From contig CAVXWP010000002.1 in NCBI GenBank assembly GCA_963765495.1, positions 32,001 through 96,000 of the forward strand: 64,000 nt of DNA, given 5' to 3'. Shown here piece after piece: positions 60,065 through 64,000 of this stretch. Source of the DNA: Blastocatellia bacterium (GTDB lineage Bacteria > Acidobacteriota > Blastocatellia > UBA7656). A program made the translations under genes and the position numbers. How positions within the stretch are numbered: position 1 is the stretch's first letter; every line of letters starts with the position of its first letter. The notes beneath the pieces are model-generated. The model was given only the letters and a program-made list of their open reading frames with translations, was not told the origin of the DNA and did not search any database.

Positions 60065-60901
60065 TTAATCAGCAGGTAAGAATTCGTTAAACTTCGGATC
60101 AGTCAGACTCACCGCAGTGCCCTCCCCTTCCGGCTTCTTCTCAGTCGGAGCAGGTACTTTCTCCTCTGGCGGCTTGGGCGGTTCTTGCTTGCCAAAGATA
60201 TCTTCAGCATTCAGCCCCGCCTCTTTCACCTGCTCGATCAGTTCCTCCCTTGTCGGCTTCGCCGCTGGCGGAGGCTCCGGCTTCTTCTCAGGTGGCGGCT
60301 CGTCATCCGGGGGAGGGCAGAACTCAGACAGTGCCATCACCCGCGCGCCTGCAAACCCCGGCGTTTGCTTCGAGGTATGGCCGAGCACTACGCCAGTGGC
60401 ACGCTCCACATCCTCGACGATCATTCGCCCGGCCTGCTCGCTCACAACCACATCAGCCTCAATCGAGCAGCAGTCACGCTCTCCCTTGCGGATCGCTTCG
60501 CGCAAATCCGTCTGGTCGGCGTAGATATAGCCCACAGCTAAAGCCGACAGCACCCCGCTCAACTCCTGCCCTCGACTATGAAGGACCTCACCAACCGCAA
60601 CCCGGCTATCTTCGCTTCCATGCCAGTTGATGATCCCGTCATAGATGCGAGCAGGAACCCTACCGGCAGGATCGAAGGCATGCACCAGCGCGCGCACAAC
60701 TCGCTTGCCCCACTCTTTGACACGAGCGCCCAACCCCGACAGACTCCCGCTCGATGTGCCTTCGTGTCCGATGGTCATCTGCACAAAGAAAGGCGACTCA
60801 TCGGTCGCCACAATCTGCTGATACTGATGCGGGCCGATCAGCGCCTGCACGTCTGCCGCCGCCAGCTCTTTCACGCTTGCTCGAAGAAATACTCTCTTCA
60901 A
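60065..60901 (-). CDS. putative prohead protease/scaffold
   Basis: Position in the head module; H..R..VG, CSIE and PGF.GA motifs; Pro/Glu/Lys-rich tail. Confidence 0.6.
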   Translation of the reverse strand: MKRVFLRASVKELAAADVQALIGPHQYQQIVATDESPFFVQMTIGHEGTSSGSLSGLGARVKEWGKRVVRALVHAFDPAGRVPARIYDGIINWHGSEDSRVAVGEVLHSRGQELSGVLSALAVGYIYADQTDLREAIRKGERDCCSIEADVVVSEQAGRMIVEDVERATGVVLGHTSKQTPGFAGARVMALSEFCPPPDDEPPPEKKPEPPPAAKPTREELIEQVKEAGLNAEDIFGKQEPPKPPEEKVPAPTEKKPEGEGTAVSLTDPKFNEFLPAD

Positions 60902-60912
60902 ATCACACCTCC

Positions 60913-61464
60913 TTATGGATAGACACGGATCTCAATCGGTGTGTTAGACAGGAAATCGTCTCCCCCTGTACTCCCATCAAGAGCCAGGGTCACAAGACTT
61001 ACCTCGTTTGGAGAGTTTGGCGTTATTGAGATGAACCCGGCGGCATTTTGAACGTCTTGAGCATAAGCCACCGCAAACACCTTCTCCGCAGGAAAGGCCC
61101 CTGCGAGCGTGCCGGTATACGTCCCTACACCATCGCGAGTCCAAACAACTGTCTCGCCCAGACTGTTCTCAAACACCGTGGCAGTCGGCGCGCTTGTCCC
61201 ACTTTGCGAAAGTAACGCCACATATTTCTTGTATGCAGCTACTGGCGTATAAGTCACCGAGCCAACCGAGTTTGCGAGTGACCCGTTAGGAAACTTCAAC
61301 TGTCTGGCATTGAACACATCAGGCGAGCCATCAACCTCAGTGACACGAAGCCCTGAACCTTTCGCCCCAACCGACATCACCGGGCTTGAGCCAGTGTCAC
61401 AGATGACGCCAACAGAAAGCAGCAGCACAGCCATCACGGCAAGCAAAGCGAAAACCTTTTTCAA
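60913..61464 (-). CDS. hypothetical protein with signal peptide inside the head module
   Basis: GGAGG RBS, TTG start, hydrophobic N terminus; YVALLSQSGT.APT....N.LG..VWTR..VG.Y. Confidence 0.7.
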   Translation of the reverse strand: MKKVFALLAVMAVLLLSVGVICDTGSSPVMSVGAKGSGLRVTEVDGSPDVFNARQLKFPNGSLANSVGSVTYTPVAAYKKYVALLSQSGTSAPTATVFENSLGETVVWTRDGVGTYTGTLAGAFPAEKVFAVAYAQDVQNAAGFISITPNSPNEVSLVTLALDGSTGGDDFLSNTPIEIRVYP

Positions 61465-61482
61465 ATCGCACCTCCCCTCTCA

Positions 61483-61560
61483 ATTTTAGACTTTGGATTT
61501 CGGATTTTGGATTTCAATTTCTATCCGCTAATCCAAAATCGAAAATCCAAAATCCAAAAT
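61483..61560. repeat. low-complexity 7-mer palindrome
   Basis: (ATTTTGG)n...(CCAAAAT)n inverted array in an intergenic gap. Confidence 0.8.
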
Positions 61561-61859
61561 CAGACTGTGTGATCGTAATAGACTAACTCCACATCATCCC
61601 CATTGTTGGCCGCATCAAAGCGGAGGTCTGACAGATCGATCTCCCCGGCAAGCGGCGCTTCAAACTCAGGTGAGCTTGTCCCGGGTTGCAGCGCAGCCCG
61701 ATGAGTTGCATCTATGTCAGCCCCACCATAAAAGACCGCTCCCGCATTCCCAGCTGGAGCGTTCAAGATGAACTTCTTCGCCGTAGCCGCAGGACCATCC
61801 ACAGGAGTCCCCGCAGCAGGCACATCGATTAACATCGCTCGAACTCGAAAAGGCATCAT
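61560..61859 (-). CDS. hypothetical phage protein
   Basis: GGAGG RBS; A...N.G.VFYGG..DLS.L..D....GD.V pattern. Confidence 0.65.
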   Translation of the reverse strand: MMPFRVRAMLIDVPAAGTPVDGPAATAKKFILNAPAGNAGAVFYGGADIDATHRAALQPGTSSPEFEAPLAGEIDLSDLRFDAANNGDDVELVYYDHTV

Positions 61860-61923
61860 TCACCTCCCGGCTGTTAGTAATTGCGCGTTGCCGCGCCGAA
61901 AGAAAAATATTGAAAGAGTGCAA

Positions 61924-63315
61924 CTACATTATCTGTGTTCCCTCTGATCCCCCAGATAATTCCGGGTCAGTCCGGCCCCCGGCCCCCGACCCCTGGCCCC
62001 CGCGAGCGCCGCGAGCTATCCCCTCTTCTCGCCTTTGCTGTCTCGCCCTTCCTGCTTCGGTCTTCTCATCCACTCCCGGCAGCTTCTTCAAAAACTCCTC
62101 GTCGGTGATCGCTCCCTCTCTCCACGCCGGAAGCCAGACAGTCGCGATGTGGTTCCACGCCTCGAAGCTCACTACCTCTACCTCAACCCTGCCCGCTGTA
62201 GCCTGCAACCTGCTCCCTGTCTCCCGGTTGTACATTGCCATTGCTCGACCTACCAGATCAGTAAACCCGCTCCCCCACTCATCTGTTTCAGTCTCGCTGA
62301 TAGCAACAAACATCCGGCTTATGTCGTCTGCCGTAGCCCGATTGTTGAGCAGATCTGGAAACCCGAAGTAATGAGGCGGGACCGAGGTGTGACCGCTGAT
62401 GATCTTCACAAGGATGGTTATCAACTCGCTGTTTGCCGAATACGGCCCATACCCTATTTGCAGCATCGAAGGCTTGCCACCCACAGCAAGCGGATCACCT
62501 GCTTTCCAGTTCAGAGTTTTAAGCCTCTCTTGAAAGCTGCTTGCATCATCCTCAGTGTTGAACTCAAAACAAGGCGTAGGCTTCGAGGCTTTCGAGTTGA
62601 TCGTCTTAAAACAGATGATCGCATCGTCGAGGTCCTCAAGCTGCCCGAGGATACCCGCGAACAACGGAGTGCCTACATTCGAGTTCATCCGAGTGTGAAA
62701 CTTCATAAATGCAGTGCGACCGGCATCTACGTCATAGTCTAGCTGCGCGTCACCAAGCCAGCGGACATACTTGAAGTAACCATAATCCAGCGGGTCCGAC
62801 ACCACCTCATACCTTGTGTCATACCACGATACAAATCGAATCCGTGGAATATGATCCTCGCCGGGATTGAGCACAAGAAGCACCTGCCCCTCAAAGCATC
62901 TCTCCCTACCGAGCCGCCGCAGATAGGCCATGTTGAACCGATTGACCGCAAAGAACTCTTTTATAAACCCGGTCTCTGCCTCACCAACCCAACCCGTATG
63001 ATTCAGCCCCTTTCCAATCGTCCAGGCTGTGCGAGCCTCCAGAATGTTTCTCAGCAGGATATTGCCTTTGGCAGCCTGCCCTCGATACTTCCTGATAGTC
63101 TCATCAACTTGCATCTCACGAGTGAGATAGCGATTGCTCGACGTGCCTTGAAGCGCCTCAATCTGTAAGATCAAATCGCCAAGGTACTCGATTCCACCGT
63201 GTTCACCGAATTCTTGTGCTTTACGGCGCAAGGAGCGTCCGCGCTCCGGCCGCTTGCTGGTGTAGGAAAACTCGAAAGGCCCTAACTTCAAATTGCGTCC
63301 ACTTCTACCTGCCAA
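61924..63315 (-). CDS. putative portal protein
   Basis: 463 aa directly after terminase; G.PL...L..L, G.T.VP.HYFG....N.ATA and GAIT..E patterns. Confidence 0.75.
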   Translation of the reverse strand: MAGRSGRNLKLGPFEFSYTSKRPERGRSLRRKAQEFGEHGGIEYLGDLILQIEALQGTSSNRYLTREMQVDETIRKYRGQAAKGNILLRNILEARTAWTIGKGLNHTGWVGEAETGFIKEFFAVNRFNMAYLRRLGRERCFEGQVLLVLNPGEDHIPRIRFVSWYDTRYEVVSDPLDYGYFKYVRWLGDAQLDYDVDAGRTAFMKFHTRMNSNVGTPLFAGILGQLEDLDDAIICFKTINSKASKPTPCFEFNTEDDASSFQERLKTLNWKAGDPLAVGGKPSMLQIGYGPYSANSELITILVKIISGHTSVPPHYFGFPDLLNNRATADDISRMFVAISETETDEWGSGFTDLVGRAMAMYNRETGSRLQATAGRVEVEVVSFEAWNHIATVWLPAWREGAITDEEFLKKLPGVDEKTEAGRARQQRREEGIARGARGGQGSGAGGRTDPELSGGSEGTQIM

Positions 63316-63449
63316 AATGTGGGGCGGCGTTGACTCGACTACGAGTCTGCCGGGAGCCGCCCCGCTCGCCTTCTTAGATCAGGATAGATCTGATTTTCGT
63401 GAATATAAGCTGTACTTATATAATCGTCAAGTAGAATCAGGAATAGTTA

Positions 63450-64000
63450 TTAAAAGCATGAGGGGAGCTTCACCGCGAAGCTATCAGATCGAAAAGGAAA
63501 CTTCTTATGCACAACATAGCCCAGAGCGGCCCCAGGATGCGTCAACGGCCCCTTGTAGCTGTCTTTCAGCAACACATCCCAGGTACATTTCTCCAGATCA
63601 CCTCTGAGCAGCTTGCAGGATTTATCCACGAATAGATGACGCTCTCCCAGACTGTTGAAGATGCGCCCGTTGACGGCATTGATACGATCTTTGATGGGTG
63701 GATTTTTGGCCGGTCCACCAAGCTTGAACCCGGCCTCTTTCAAAATCTTATGATCGCTCGTTCCCGTAGTGTGTCTCTGCGCCCCGGCAGCATCGGGGAT
63801 CAGCACCACGCCCCCGACCCCATACCGGCGCTCAATCTCTTTCACCAGTTGCGGAGTATCGCCGCCTCTGATGTAAATCTCATCTATGACGTAAACATCC
63901 AGCCCCCGCACCTCGCAAGCATAGGCATGCATCCCCGGATCAACATTGAAATCAATCCCCACAAGCAATACTTCATCTGTCAACGAATACTCGCCCATAT
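63450..64000 (-). CDS. terL: terminase large subunit, C-terminal nuclease domain (partial)
   Basis: GIDFNVDP, VIDEI, PDAAG.QR, NPPIKDRINAVN, C..L..DLE. Confidence 0.85.
   Translation of the reverse strand, partial: MGEYSLTDEVLLVGIDFNVDPGMHAYACEVRGLDVYVIDEIYIRGGDTPQLVKEIERRYGVGGVVLIPDAAGAQRHTTGTSDHKILKEAGFKLGGPAKNPPIKDRINAVNGRIFNSLGERHLFVDKSCKLLRGDLEKCTWDVLLKDSYKGPLTHPGAALGYVVHKKFPFRSDSFAVKLPSCF

Noticed and set aside
57981-63168. Long + strand ORFs (57981-59045, 62035-62742 and others) opposite the head genes
   Set aside because: Antisense shadows of GC-rich minus-strand structural genes, with no recognisable motifs.

Overview
Accessory/mobile window with no housekeeping genes, in four blocks. 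(1) 0.9-23.8 kb: an integron-type gene-cassette array with 19 complete attC sites and one truncated one, all on the + strand. No intI is in the window. Cargo includes several putative defence genes (Abi-alpha, Rx4H/HEPN-like, DUF6602, two Mrr-like nucleases), secreted proteins and six ORF-less cassettes, three of which are paralogous and look like long hairpins. One cassette carries a ~1000-aa nuclease-STAND/NACHT gene hit by four different IS elements, each with intact TIRs and target-site duplications. (2) 23.8-33.4 kb: a satellite/PICI-like integrative element (ArdC, HNH, HTH, primase-helicase, xis, tyrosine integrase) next to a 3' tRNA-fMet fragment. (3) 33.7-45.8 kb: a type I-E CRISPR-Cas locus with 35 repeats, a WYL regulator and a frameshifted cas3; its spacers have strongly abnormal length and composition. 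(4) 46.2-64 kb: a prophage-like region with a divergent RHH switch, an iteron-containing replication gene, cargo (S1/P1 nuclease pseudogene, lexA-RadA-like-small ORF-polB2 cassette, pentapeptide protein) and a head module (terL, portal, protease/scaffold, DUF2190, capsid, head-closure-like fusion) with no tail genes downstream. Several single-base frameshifts suggest possible long-read consensus errors. All family calls come from motif recognition by eye; no searches were run.
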